Below are positions 22,868-35,145 of a stretch of 64,000 nt of DNA, one piece after another (within the stretch, counting starts at the first letter, position 1; every line of letters starts with the position of its first letter). The stretch spans positions 4,281,241 to 4,345,240 of the forward strand of contig OZ316899.1 of the NCBI GenBank assembly GCA_973895155.1. The letters are read 5' to 3'. Source of the DNA: Marsupella aquatica. Taxonomy: Eukaryota > Plantae > Marchantiophyta. Below the pieces are notes generated by a model that saw only the letters and a list, made by a program, of their open reading frames with translations, was not told the DNA's origin and searched no databases. The translations under genes were made by a program, and so were the position numbers.

Positions 22868-25800
22868 TGTGATGCCTAGCCAGGAATCACTAGGCCAGTT
22901 AAGTGGGGAAAATGGAGGTGTACCCTATAAACACATTAGTATAGTAACAAAAACAAGGAAAATATAAACAATTAAGGGTGACTATGGAACCCGGGCTGAG
23001 GCCGGAGGTAAGGACGCCGGGGGAGAGAACACGATTAGGGTTAGGGTGCGCTAAGCATTGGCGGCTAGGGGTAACCAACGGGAGGAAAGACCAGAGGAGG
23101 AGAGGGGTAAGGACCGCTCGCGAGGAATGGTGGCTCATTTGCAAGCATGAACTGGGCAGACGACTACGAAAGGTCAACTACTGTCAGTTGCTTAGGCAAG
23201 CACTCTGGGCGGGAGCAGATACCAACGATCGAGTCAAGGAGGGTATGAGCAACGTCAATCAAGCGGCATATTTTTGGGGATGCCTGTTCAAACGGGCAAC
23301 TGAGTACATTAGGACTTACGAGGACGAAGAATCAGAGAGAGCAGCTCAAGAACGGCAGGAGCTCACTCAATTGTGGGAGCTGCAGAAGTCTGCCTTCTTA
23401 GGAGGAGAACTCATCAAGGCCGAGTTCTTGTGGACTCCTACTACCAATCAGCTCGATGACCTTCTATTTTGTGAAGACAGAATTGTCGGCATTCGGGAAG
23501 CCATCAACCGCTGCAACAACGCGCACTGGGAGTTGAAGGGTAGCACGGAGGGGTGGACAAAGGCAACTGTGCTAGGAGAAACATCCACGACAGCCGAGAT
23601 GAAGAGGAAAGGAAACAACAACAAAGAGGCCACCCCGGCAAAAAGAACGAGGTCGGCGGCACCAAGGAAGCTAGCAGAGCTGCAGCAGAACAGGAGACAG
23701 GGAGAAGCCGAAGAGGAGGAGGTCAATCCCATCAATGCCATTCCAACAAAGGATGACACCTGGAAAGGCTGGGCGGCGACCCTACTAGAGGAAGTGCAAT
23801 TACATTTTGCACGGGAGGAGGATGCATGCTTTACGGCCATGCAGACCAAGAAGTACCAGGGCTTCATGGCCGGATCTGGCTTGGAAGCCTTCGTAAGATT
23901 ACCATGGCTAAAGCCGGAGGTGCCGGACTCAGACTTATTAGAATTCGTGGGATCATGGGAACCCGAGACCAATTCCACGAGGGTGTATGGGAAGGATTTC
24001 TATCTCACTCCCCGGGTGATTGCCGAGGTGTTTGGCTTGCCCATGGGTAATAAGACCAAGGTTGATACTAGGAAGACCTTACCTGACAAGGAGTTCCGGT
24101 CGTTCCCAGGACCATCAACAAAGAATGGCTTCTTCCGGAACACCTGCACCAACCCGCACATCGGAGAGATGATCGATTTCTTGCGGGTGACCATGCATTG
24201 TAACTTTCCGAGGGCAGAGATCGGCAAGGCTCAGGTCTACCTGGCAGAAAGGCCAGACCCAAGCCAGGATTACAATGGGTACCTCCTCAACCAATTGAAG
24301 AAGATCTTGAAGGAGGAACAACAGGTGATCGACGTGGGAAGCGTGTCCCGGCTTGGCTATCACATGCCGCTGTTGTGCCGGTATGCCAGAAGTCAAATCT
24401 TTGCCCCAGTACTTCCCCTATTGGCAAGGGCACCGGAGGAGGTTCCGGAGCAGAGGCCAGCAATAGAAGAGCCCAACCAGCCTGCCAGTCCTACGATCGA
24501 GCAGGTGTTTTGGCCAAGGAAAGAAGACTTGCCGATGCAGCAATCAGGCATACAGAATCTGCTGAAAGTGCTGGAGAAGGAGAGAACGGCACCGGCAACG
24601 GCAACGGCACCGGTACAGGACACTGCCCCAGAGGCCGGCCTAAGCCGACTCAGGAGGGAAAACCCCTTTACCGGAGCCAACGAGAGAAGGAGGCCGGAAC
24701 ACAAGCCGGGAGTTCGAATGTATGTGGAAGCCTCAAGCCCCAAATTGGAGGCAGAGCAGCCTAAGGCTCCTTCCCCCAAAAAGCAAAGGGAGAGGACAGC
24801 CTGGAAACCAGAGGAGGAACTAGAGCCCGTGATCTGTGAGGCGGTTTTCACGGCATGACCAGGGGAACAGAGGGGGAAGCCGGGAGTCCAAGCAGTGGAG
24901 GAGGCGGTGGAGGACTACAGCAATGATAACTCCGGCTATGGGTCGGATCATCATGTTCCAGGAGTAAGGACCTGTGGCCGGTTTATCCCCACGTTTCCAA
25001 GAGTAGTTCGAGGGGACCCCACCCAGCAGAGTAGCCCCGAGTCTCCCCCACCAGAGGTTGCTCCACCGAGCTTTGACGGTATAAAGCAGACGACACAAGA
25101 TTTTCAGGAGCGACTTAGGGAGGAAGAGAAAGCAGCCCTAGCTAGGGAGAAAGATTTACCAGGAGGAGATTGGCCGGAGGACATCAGGCGGCTTGCCAAA
25201 AAAAGAAGCAACCCTCTTGCCACCGTAGAAGAAATCTGGAAGGCGGCTTGGGAACAGAGGCCAAGGTGGTTGATGCCGATGACTTCTACTTACTCCACCT
25301 ATGCTAAAGATAGAGCCATGGAGTACGGGGAGATGTGTGGGGACCTGGCGCTCAGCATCTTTGGGGAGGAGTTGGAGCAGGGACCTTTTTTCCAGAGGGA
25401 GATGTTGGAGAAGCACCGATTAGAAGAAGCGGTGGCTTTGGAGAGAAGCAAGAAGGACGAGGTCATCCGGAGGCTTAGGGAGATGGAAGTCAAGGTGAAA
25501 GACCTGCAGGCGGCCAAGAAAGCCCAAGATGAGCTACGGATTAAGCGACATGAGCTAAACATCATGCAAGGACAATTGGATGCCGCTCAATCTGGCAATC
25601 AGATTATCAAAGATAAACTAACTCGGACCCAAGGAGAGTTGGTCGGCGCGGTCAAGGACAGGGAAAAGTGGAAGCAGGAGCTGAGGGACGCATAGGAGGC
25701 CCACATAACCGCCAACAACCGGGCCATGGCGGAGACTCAGAGAAGGGAGAGGGCGTTGAAAGGAGAGCTCGAGGATATCTGCGGAGCCCTTGAGCAAAAG

Positions 25801-27579
25801 GAGGCCGAGTTAGGGAAATCCTATCAAGGGATTATTGCGCTGCAGCAGGAGCTTGTGTCCCTGATGGCCAACTTCAAGGCTGACCTGCGTGAGAAGGACA
25901 ACCAGCTTGACCAAACTTATGCCAAGATGAATAAGATGGAGTTTGAGTTCGTAGCGGAGCTCGACAAGGAGCTAAGAGCAACCCAGGAGGAGAGGGCTAC
26001 CTTAAAATTGGAATTGGAGGAAGCCAGAAAGGAGCTGCAGGAGGGACGGAAGGACCTGGAGGAAACCCAGGAGGAGTTGGAGGAAACCACCAGGAAGATG
26101 GAGAACTTACAGCGGCGGGCCAACAACCAAACGGAGCGGCTGAAGAAACAGGCCACAGTATTTAAGTGCTTTGCTTCATCTGGTCCAATTCCAATTGTGG
26201 GAACTCCGTTACCAGGAGAGGTACTGGCCGAAGGACAAGCCGAGACACACGCCCCGGTGCCGGAGGTAGGTAGCAAGGGGAAGGGACCAGCTACCAAAAC
26301 AGGGAAGAAGAAGAAGCGGAAACCTTCTGGGTCTGGGAGTTATACGGCTTACCAAGCCGTTGTGACCTAGGAGGTCAACCCGACACCAACCTCCGGCATG
26401 GTCACGGCAGTAGATCCACCTGTTGAAGAAGGTGGGGATGGCAAGGCCAAGGCCGGGACAGCTATTGATGAAGCCGAGGTACCAGATCCTCCACTAGAAC
26501 ATGTCGGGAAGGCCGAAGCCGTATCGAAGGCTGTGACCAATGCTGAGGCCAAAGCCGAGGGTGGACCTAGTCAAGCCGATAAAGAGTTGACTCGGTCCGG
26601 GGCAGGTAATCCATCAGAGGATGGACCGACGGTAGTGGCTGCGGGGGAAGCGTTGGGGGCGTCCATTGAGGATCCGCCACCGGTGTCGTGACGGTGCAAG
26701 GGCGCCGTTCCTTTTAGGAAGGGCGGACGTGGAAGTAGGAGGCGTGAGTGGGCAGGGCGGGTTCAGATCTCCAAGTTTAGGATTAGGATCAAGACCAGGA
26801 GACGGCCCTGACACTTAGATTAGTGGGATTGCGGATCCACTGGTAGGAGCAACACTTGTGCTCCTGCCTCGCTGTACAGTTAAGTAGATTACAGGTAGGA
26901 TAGATTAAGCTTACGCAGCAAAGTTCTGGACAGATCCGCTGCCAGGATAAATACCTGGGCAGCGGGGAGTCCAGGGCCTCTTCTTTAGCAAGTTTTTAGT
27001 TGCACCAGCAGGGCTGGGATCAAGTAGTAAGAGAAGCTCTCGGTTAGTTATACAGTGATCCTTGTGTATATTCATGTTTCCTCATGCCTAAGAACTGAAT
27101 AGAGTTGGCCTCACGGCTTAGTTCGCAGAGCTTGTGTATGAGATGTACTGTTTGTATGGCAAGTGCATGGTATAACTCAGTCAGAAGGAGTCATTTTGTT
27201 ATTTGTGTGTCGCATTAACTTGTGTGAAGAGTGCCCACATCAATGAAGGGAAGTAGCAAGGGAGTGAGAGTTGGATGTGTCGAGCTGAGAGAGGTCTTAG
27301 CGGCTTAACCAAGCCAATTGGGGATCATTCCAGCGGCGGAATCCAAACATACCTAATGGAAGACCAGGAGAGGAATACAAGGGAAGGCCTAAGTATCTCA
27401 TGACCCGATGAAGGATCTGTCCAGTATATGTGTGTAAAATGTTAATAGTAGTAGAAGGAGAGTTAGCAGCGTCCCATGCCGCTAAGCCACGGAAACGGCC
27501 TCGCCAAGGACAAAACCTGCGGGAATCGGCCTGAGCAAGGGGGTTTTCTTGGGTTTGGGGAGCCATGGGACGCACCACA
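22868..27579 (+). mobile_element. Solo-LTR-type element, family B (4,712 bp), containing a long ORF
   Basis: TGTGATGC...GCACCACA termini; perfect TSD AAGCA; no gag/pol, PBS or PPT of its own. Confidence 0.9.
22978..26691 (+). pseudogene. Family B LTR-encoded protein (1237 codons from 22978, or 1148 from ATG 23245; three in-frame stops)
   Basis: ORF pieces 22978, 24895, 25726 and 26398 share one frame, separated by single stops; C-terminal half is a long predicted coiled coil. Confidence 0.88.
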
Positions 27580-28696
27580 AAGCAGCCATAGCGTGCGCCC
27601 AAACATACAAGGAATCCACCTATAACTCCCGACAAAGCCAACGGCCACGACATAAGAGGAGCAAGTATGAGACCTTCAGTGACACTGACTCTGAATCTGA
27701 CGACAAGAAGAAGAAGAAGCGTAAGAAGAAGAAGAAACATTGTTTGACCTTGTCCAGTCTGGAGACAGGGTCTAGTTTGGATTCAACTTTGACTAGTGGC
27801 TCCTCCCCCTCAAACTCATTGGGTAGTGATTCGGAGAGCAAGACCCGGAGCAAGAAGAAGAAGCGGCGTGCTAAGAAGGAGGAGAAAATCAAACCCCGTG
27901 TTCAAAGAAGGATACCAGATCCTAAGGCCGCTGAAACAGACAAGCTCAACAAAATCACTGATCGCCTCAAAGCATTGTCGGTACATCTTGCGAAGAAGCC
28001 TATGGAGAAGAAGAAGCCATACAAAACCTGAGCTTCAAATGTTTCCAATCGGGGCATGTTATGCAGGAATGCCCGAGATGGAAGAATCGAGTCCATCAGG
28101 TGGAACTAGATGATGTTGACAGCCCAAGCCCAAAACCAGAGTCCAGGGAGTACTTCTTCAAGAACCCCCTGACTCCGTGTATCAGATATCGACGGTGGGT
28201 CCTCAGAAATTGGCTGGCAAAACTGCGTATCCATACCCAAATGGTGGCTGAGGCTTCCAAGTGATAAGTAACCCGACCATTCCTCCTAAACCAGGGATTT
28301 GGCAATCTCTGGTTTGTTACAATTGTGAGAAGCCCGGTCACTTTGCAAGGGAATGCACGGAACAAAGACAACAAGGAGATGGCCGAGGCATGCCACTATG
28401 TCAAGTTTGCAAAATGAAGGCCCATTCCACGGCTAATTGCCCATTGGTGATCGCTGCACGAGCAAGCGCGGCTAGGTTGGCCCCACGTGGACCAGCTCCG
28501 AGCAATGCAGTCATGCAAATGATCACTGTAGAATGGCAAGATGATAACACCAAGTGGGTAAACTTGGTCGATGTAACGGAACACCCAATCCGTCGGATGA
28601 GGCCGAATGTTATCGTGTGTCAACCAGATCCGAACAAAAGCAAGAGAAGCAAGAAGAGAAACGTTGCAGGGAACCAAGACACCACGCCAGTGCAGC

Positions 28697-31600
28697 TGTG
28701 GTGCGTCCCATGGCTCCCTAAACCCAAGAAACCCCCCAGCTCAAGCCGATTCCCGCAGGTTTCGCGCTTGGCGAGGCCGTTTCCGCGGCTTAGCGGCATG
28801 GGACGCTGCTAACCTTCTTCTACTACTACTATTAACATTTACACACATATACTGGACAGATCCTTCATCGGGTCATGAGATACGTAGCCGGCCTAATCTA
28901 GGCCTTCCCCTGTCTTCCCCTCCGTCTTGTTAGGTATGTTTGGATTCCGCCGCCGGAATGATCCCCAATAGGCTTGGTTAAGCCGCTAAGACCTCTCTCA
29001 GCTCGACACATCAAACTCTCACTCCCCTGCTTACTTTCCTTCCTCTATTAGTTGATGTGGGCACTCTTCACACAAGTTAATGCGACACACAAATAGCAAA
29101 ATGACTCCTTCTGACTGAGTCATACCATGCACTTGCCATACAAACAGTACATCTCATACACAAGTTCTGCGAACTAAGCCGTGAGGCCAACTCTATTCAG
29201 CTCTTAGGCATGAGGAAACATGAATATACACAAGGGTCTCTGTATGACTAACCGAGAGCTTCTCTTACTACTTGATCCCAGCCCGGCTGGTGCAAACTAA
29301 AAACTTGCTAAAGAAGAGGCCCTCAGCTCCCCGCTGCCCAGGTACTTATCCTGGTAGTGGATCCGCCTAATTCTTTGCAGCGTAAGCCTAATCTACCTAA
29401 CAGTAATCTACTTGCCCGGATCTACCTATGTACAGCAAGGCAGGAGCACAAGTGTTGCTCCTACCAGTGGAACCGCAATCCCACTAAGCTAAGTGTCAGG
29501 GCCGCTCCTGGTCCTGATCCTAATCCTAAACTTGGAGATCAGCGCCCGCCCTGCCCACTCACGCCTCCTCCCTCCACGTCCGCCCTTCCTAAAAGGAACG
29601 GCGCCCTTGCACCATCACGACACCGGTGGTGGATCCTTAATGGACGCCCCCAACGTTTCCTCCTCAGCCACTGCTATAGGTTCGTTCTCTGACAGATTAC
29701 CTGCCCTTGACTGAGTCAACTCTCCATCGGCCTGACTGGGTCCACCATCGGCGTCGGCATCGGCTCGGAAATCGGTTACGGCCTCAGCCTCGGCTACGGT
29801 CTCCCCGGCCTGCTCAAGAGGAGGATCTGGGATACCGGCCTCATTATTGAGTAGTTCGGCTTGGGCCGCACCATCCCCACCCTTGATGATAGCGGAATCT
29901 ATTGTCGTATTCATGCCGGAGGTTGGTGCTGGGTCTACCTCCTTGGTTACCACGGCCTGTGGAGTCGGATTACTCCTTGACCCTGAAGGTTTCCGCTTCT
30001 TCTTCTTTTCTGGTTCGGCAGCTGGTCCCTTCCCCTTCCCACTTACTTCCGGCACTGGTGCAGGTGGCGCGGATTTTTCTTCGGCCAGTACCACTCTTGG
30101 TAACTTGGTTGCTCCAATTGGAGTTGGGCCTGATGAAGACAAGCACTTAAATATTGCGGCTTGTTTCTTCAGCCGCTCCGTTTGGTTGTCGGCCCGCCGC
30201 TGAAGGTTCTCCATCTTCCTCGTGATTTCCTCCAACTCCTCCTGGGTCTCATCCAGGTCCTTGCACGCCTCCTCTAGTTCCTTCTGGGCTTCCTCCCGTT
30301 CTTTCTTCAAGGTAGCCCTCTCCTCCCGGGTTGCTCTTAGCTCTTTGTCGAGCTCTGCAATGATGACAGACTCCATCTGATTCATCTTGGCGTAAGTCTG
30401 ATCGAGCATCTCGTCCTTCTCCCTTAGGTCGGCCTTGAAGCTGGCCGTCAGGGACGCAAGCTCCTACTGCAGCGCCATAATCCCTTGATAGGATTTTCCT
30501 AACTCGACCTCCTTCTGCTCAAGGGCTCCGCGGATTTTCTCGAGCTCCCCCTTCAACGCCCATTCCTTTCTTTGGGTCTCCGCCATGGCCCGGCTGTTGG
30601 CTGTTATGTGGGCCTCCTATGTATTCCTCAGCTCTCGCTTCCACTTCTCCCTCTCTTTGATCGTATCGGCCAACTCTCCCTGCGTCTGAGTCAGTTTATC
30701 CTTGATATTCTGATTATCAGCCTGCGCGGTGTCCAACTGCCCCTGCATGATGTTCAGCTCATGCCGTTTAATCCGCAGTTCATCTTGGGCTTTCTTGGCC
30801 GCCCTTAGATCTTCAATCTTGGCTTCCATCCTCCTAAGCCGCCGAATGACCTCGTCCTTCTTGCTTCTCTCTAACGCCACCGCTTCTTCTAATTGGTGCT
30901 TCTCCAACTGCTCCCTATGGAAAAAGGGTCCTACCTCCAACTCCTCTCCAAAGATGCCGAGCGCAAGTTCCCCACACATCTCACCATACTCCATGGCTCT
31001 ATTCTTAGCATAGGTGGAGTAAGTAGAAGTGATCGGCATCGCCCATCGCGGCCTGTGCTCCCAAGCCGTCTTGCGGATCTCTTCAATCGTGGCTAGAGGT
31101 TTGCTTCCTTTTTCGGCTAGCCGCCTGATGTCCTCCGGCCAATCTCCTCTTGGTAAATCCTTTTCCCTAGCCAGGGCTGCCTCCTCTTCCTGCCTGATTC
31201 GCTCCTAAAATTCATGCGCCGTCTGTTTTATGCCGTCAAAGCTCGGGGGAGCAACATCTGGTGGGGGAGACTCAGGGCTACTCTGTTGGTTGGGGTCCCC
31301 TCATACTACCCTTGGAAGTGTGGGGACAAACCGGCCACAGGTCCTTACTCCTGGAACGTGATGGTCCGACCCATAGCCGGACTTATCATGGCTGAAGTCC
31401 TCCACTGCCTCCTCTTCCTCTTGGACGTCCGGCTTTTCCCTCTCCTCTTCGTCGGTAGGAGCTTCAGGCAATTCTGCCTCAGATTCAGAGCTTGAGACTC
31501 CCACATACATTCGAACACCTGGCTTGGATTCCGGCCTGATTCTCTCCTCGTCTCCAGCAAAGGGGTTTTCTCTTGTGAGCCGGTGTAGGCCTACCTCTGG

Positions 31601-33365
31601 AGTAGTGTCCTGCATTGTTGCCGTTGCCGTTGTCGTTGCCGATGCCGATCTCTTTTCTTTCTCCAGTAGTTTCAGCAGACTCTGCATGCCTGGTTGCTGC
31701 ATCGACAAGTCCTCCTTCCTGGGCCTAAACACCTGCTCGATCGTAGGGCTAATAGGTGGTTGAGGCTTCTCTGCTACCGGTCTCGGTTCTGGAGCTCTCT
31801 CGGGTGCCCTTACCTGCAGGGGAAGTACTGGGGCAAAAGTCTGACCTCTGGCATACCGGCACAACAGCGGCATGTGATAGCCAAGCCGCGATACGCTCCC
31901 CATGCCGATTACCTGCTGCTCCTCCTTTAAGATCTTCTTCAATTGGTTGAGAAGGTACCCGTTGTAGTCCCGGCTTGGGTCTGGCCTCTCTACCAGATAG
32001 ACCTGTGCCTTGCCGATCTCTGCCCTCGGCAAGTTACAATGCATGGTCACCCGCAAGAAGTCGATCATCTCTCCTATGTGCGGGTTGGTGCAGGTGTTCC
32101 GGAAGAAGCCATTCTTCGTTGATGGCCCGGGGAACGACCGGAACTCCTTATCAGGCAAGGTCTTCCTGGTATCAACTTTGGTCTTATTGCCTATCGGCAA
32201 GCCAAACACTTCGGCAATCACCCTGGGAGTAAGATAGAAATCCTTCCCATATATCCTCGTGCAATTGGTCTCGGGTTCCCATGACCCCACAAATTCTAAT
32301 AGGTCTGACTCCGGTACCTCCGGCTTCAGCCATGGTAATCTTACAAAGGCCTATAAGCCGGATCCGGCCATGAAGCCTTGGTACTTCTTGGTCTGCATGG
32401 CCGTAAAGCATGCATCCTCCTCCCGTGCAAAATGTAGTTGCACCTCCACTGGTAGGGTTGCCGCCCAGCCCTTCCAGGTGTCATCCCTGGTTGGAATGGC
32501 CTTGATGGGATCGACCTCCTCCTCTTCAGCTTCTCCCTGCCTCCTGCTCTGCTGCTCGGCTGGCTTCTTTGGTGCCGCCGACCTTGTTCTTTTCGCCGGG
32601 GTGGCTTCATCGTTGATGGCTCCCTTCCTCTTCATCTCTGCTGCCGTGGAGGTTTCTCCTAGCACCGTTGCCTGGGTCCACCTTTCCGTGCTACCCTTTA
32701 ATTCCCAGTGTATGTCGTTGCAGTTCTTGATGGCCTCTCGGATGCCGACGACGCTGTCTTTGCAAAACAGAAGATCGTCGAGTTGATTGGAAGTAGGAGT
32801 CCACAAGAACTCGTCCTTGATGAGTTTGCCTCCTAAGAAAGCCGTCTTCTGCAGCTCCCACAATCGAGCGAGCTCCTGCCGTTCTCGAGCTGCCCTTTCT
32901 GATTCCTTGTCCTCGTAAGTCTTGATGTACTCAGTTGCCCGTTTGAACAGGCATCCCCAGAAATGTGCCGCTTGATTGACGTTGCTCATACCCTCCTTAG
33001 GTCGATCGTCGGTATCTACTCTCTCCCCGAGTGCTTGCCTAAGCAGCTGACAGTAGTTGGCCTCCCGTAGTCGTCTGCCTAGTTCGTGCTCGCAAATGAG
33101 CCACCATCTCCTGCAAGCGCTCCTTACCCCTCTCCTCTTCAGGTCCTTCCTCCCGTTGATCCTTCCTAGCCGCCGACGCTTAACACGCCCTAACCCTAAT
33201 CGAGTTTTCACCCCCAGCGTCCTTACCTCCAGCCTCGGCCCGGGTTCCATGGTCGCCCCTAATTGTTTATATTTTCCTTGTTTTGTCCCTATACTAAGGT
33301 GTTTCTAGGGTGCCTTCCTGCTTTACCCACTTAACTGGCCGAGTGATTCCTGTCTAGGCATCACA
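28697..33365 (-). mobile_element. Solo-LTR-type element, family B, second copy (4,669 bp), inverted
   Basis: Reverse complement of 22868-27579 end to end; perfect TSD GCAGC. Confidence 0.9.
29615..33250 (-). pseudogene. Family B LTR-encoded protein, second copy (one frame, in-frame stops only)
   Basis: ORF pieces starting at 33250, 32290, 31039 and 30409 are all in the same frame. Confidence 0.88.
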
Positions 33366-35145
33366 GCAGCCAACGGTAGAAATACCCCCTGAGGAGGACG
33401 ACAACTACTACTATCGGGATGACCCGAAGCTATTCTACCCCCGCATCAAAGAGTTGGTAAAACAACAGTTGGAAGCATATGAGGCACCGGAATACCAAAA
33501 AGCAATCGATAAAGACCTAAAAGTAGTTGAGGCCGCGCAATGGGAAGAGCAAGAGAAGAGAGAAGCGAAAGCAAAGCTACAGCCAAAGGAAGAAAAGAAG
33601 GAAAAGTACAACATTAGACAAGATGTGAAGAGTTGCCCAATCACAGCGACAGTAGGACAACTACTCCAAAATAATCCCCAGTACCAGCAAGAACTGAGGG
33701 AGTTGCTCATGGGCCGACAAAGAAGATGGCTACCACGGGTAGGAGTCACGGACTGTAATATGATCTGCAAGGACCTGGGAGCGCCAGACATCTTGATCGA
33801 GATCAAGGGTTGTACCATCAAAATGGTTCTCGTGGATGGCGGAGCGGGAGTCAATATTATGACTGAGGAAACATTGGTAAAATTGGAGTATCTCACGTAT
33901 CAACCCACAACCTGAGCTATTCGATTAGCAAATGGTGCAAGGGTACTTCCTCTGGGCACGCTCACCAAAGTTCTCACCCTCATAGGAGGTGTGGAGTTTT
34001 ATCTAAACTTTTTGGTCATGAGGCCGGTCCGACCATCTTCTTACCCGGTCCTCTTGGGAAGGCCGTGGCTGTACGGTGGCCGTGTAGTCACGGACTGGGG
34101 CAAGAAGGAGCTACAATTCGGGACACCCACGGTATGAGTATCATGGGCGGTGGACGATTATCAGGGCAAGACTCCACAAGGACCAGAGGAGTATGATTTG
34201 GAGACCTTGGAGGAAGAAGAGCTCAACATGATTGAGCTTATTTTGTCCCTGTCCAAGGAAGATGTGCACCTCCTGAATTACCCAAAAGTTGCTATAGACG
34301 GAGCCACCCCGAGCCTCTTTGGCGCCCCGGCAGAGGAACAACAAGAACAGGCTACCAGTTTGGAGGATATGGAGGATACGGCTCCAGCTAAGCAGGGAGC
34401 CGATGCTGCCGCCACCGATGCGGACTCTATTGACCGGGAACCGGCCAAATCATTGCCCAAAGCTGAAATCCCAAGGCCAATGCATAAGAAACGAGTCTCC
34501 TGGGATCCATCCATCCCACAACAAGTGGAAGCAACCTCACTTCCAAAACCAATCCCGGTCCCATCCATGTATGGAGGAGTTTGGTTAGCCCAGCTGGATG
34601 CAAGCCTGGACCCTAGCTTGCGGAACCAGGTGGAGGTCATAAGGAAGGAACACTACCGGAAGTACACCATCGGAATGGACAAGTCTTTCAACTTAGGCCA
34701 TGCTCTAAAGGGAGAGGCAGAAAAATCCATCCAAGCACTGCTCAAGGAGTATGAAGATGTGTTTGCGTGGAGCCATCACAATTTGACTGGAGTCACCCTG
34801 AGCTAGAAGAAGACACGATTGATTTGAACCTAGGGGCTCACACCGTACGGCAACGGCAACGTTGCATGAACCCGAGGTACTCCATTTTGGTGAAGGAGGA
34901 GATTGATAATCTCCTAGCCGCATACATCATCTACCCGATAATGGCCAGTGACTGGGTGTCTCCCATCATCATCGTGCCGAAGAAGGGTGGTACAAACGGG
35001 AAGCCCAAAATTTGCATCTGCCGGGACTATCGTAGAATCAATGACGCCACCCGAAAGGATCACTACCCGTTACCATTCACGGATATGGTTCTAGATATGG
35101 TAGCCCGTAATGAAATATATACATTCCTTGACGAGTATTCAGGCT

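Larger units (their letters stand above)
22277..34100 (+). pseudogene. gag: gag-protease of the Athila-like element in three pieces (22277-22867, 27585-28696, 33371-~34100)
   Basis: FKGRHGDDPNEWLDEF (Retrotrans_gag-like), Lys/Ser-rich linker, three CCHC knuckles (first damaged; CYNCEKPGHFAREC; CQVCKMKAHSTANC), protease VLVDGGAGVNIM; the frame continues across both TSDs. Confidence 0.85.

Noticed and set aside
23448-26297. Long antisense ORFs over the B and A ORFs (23448-23978, 24393-24851, 25917-26297, 13673-14104)
   Set aside because: Shadow frames of purine-rich coding sequence; no independent motifs.
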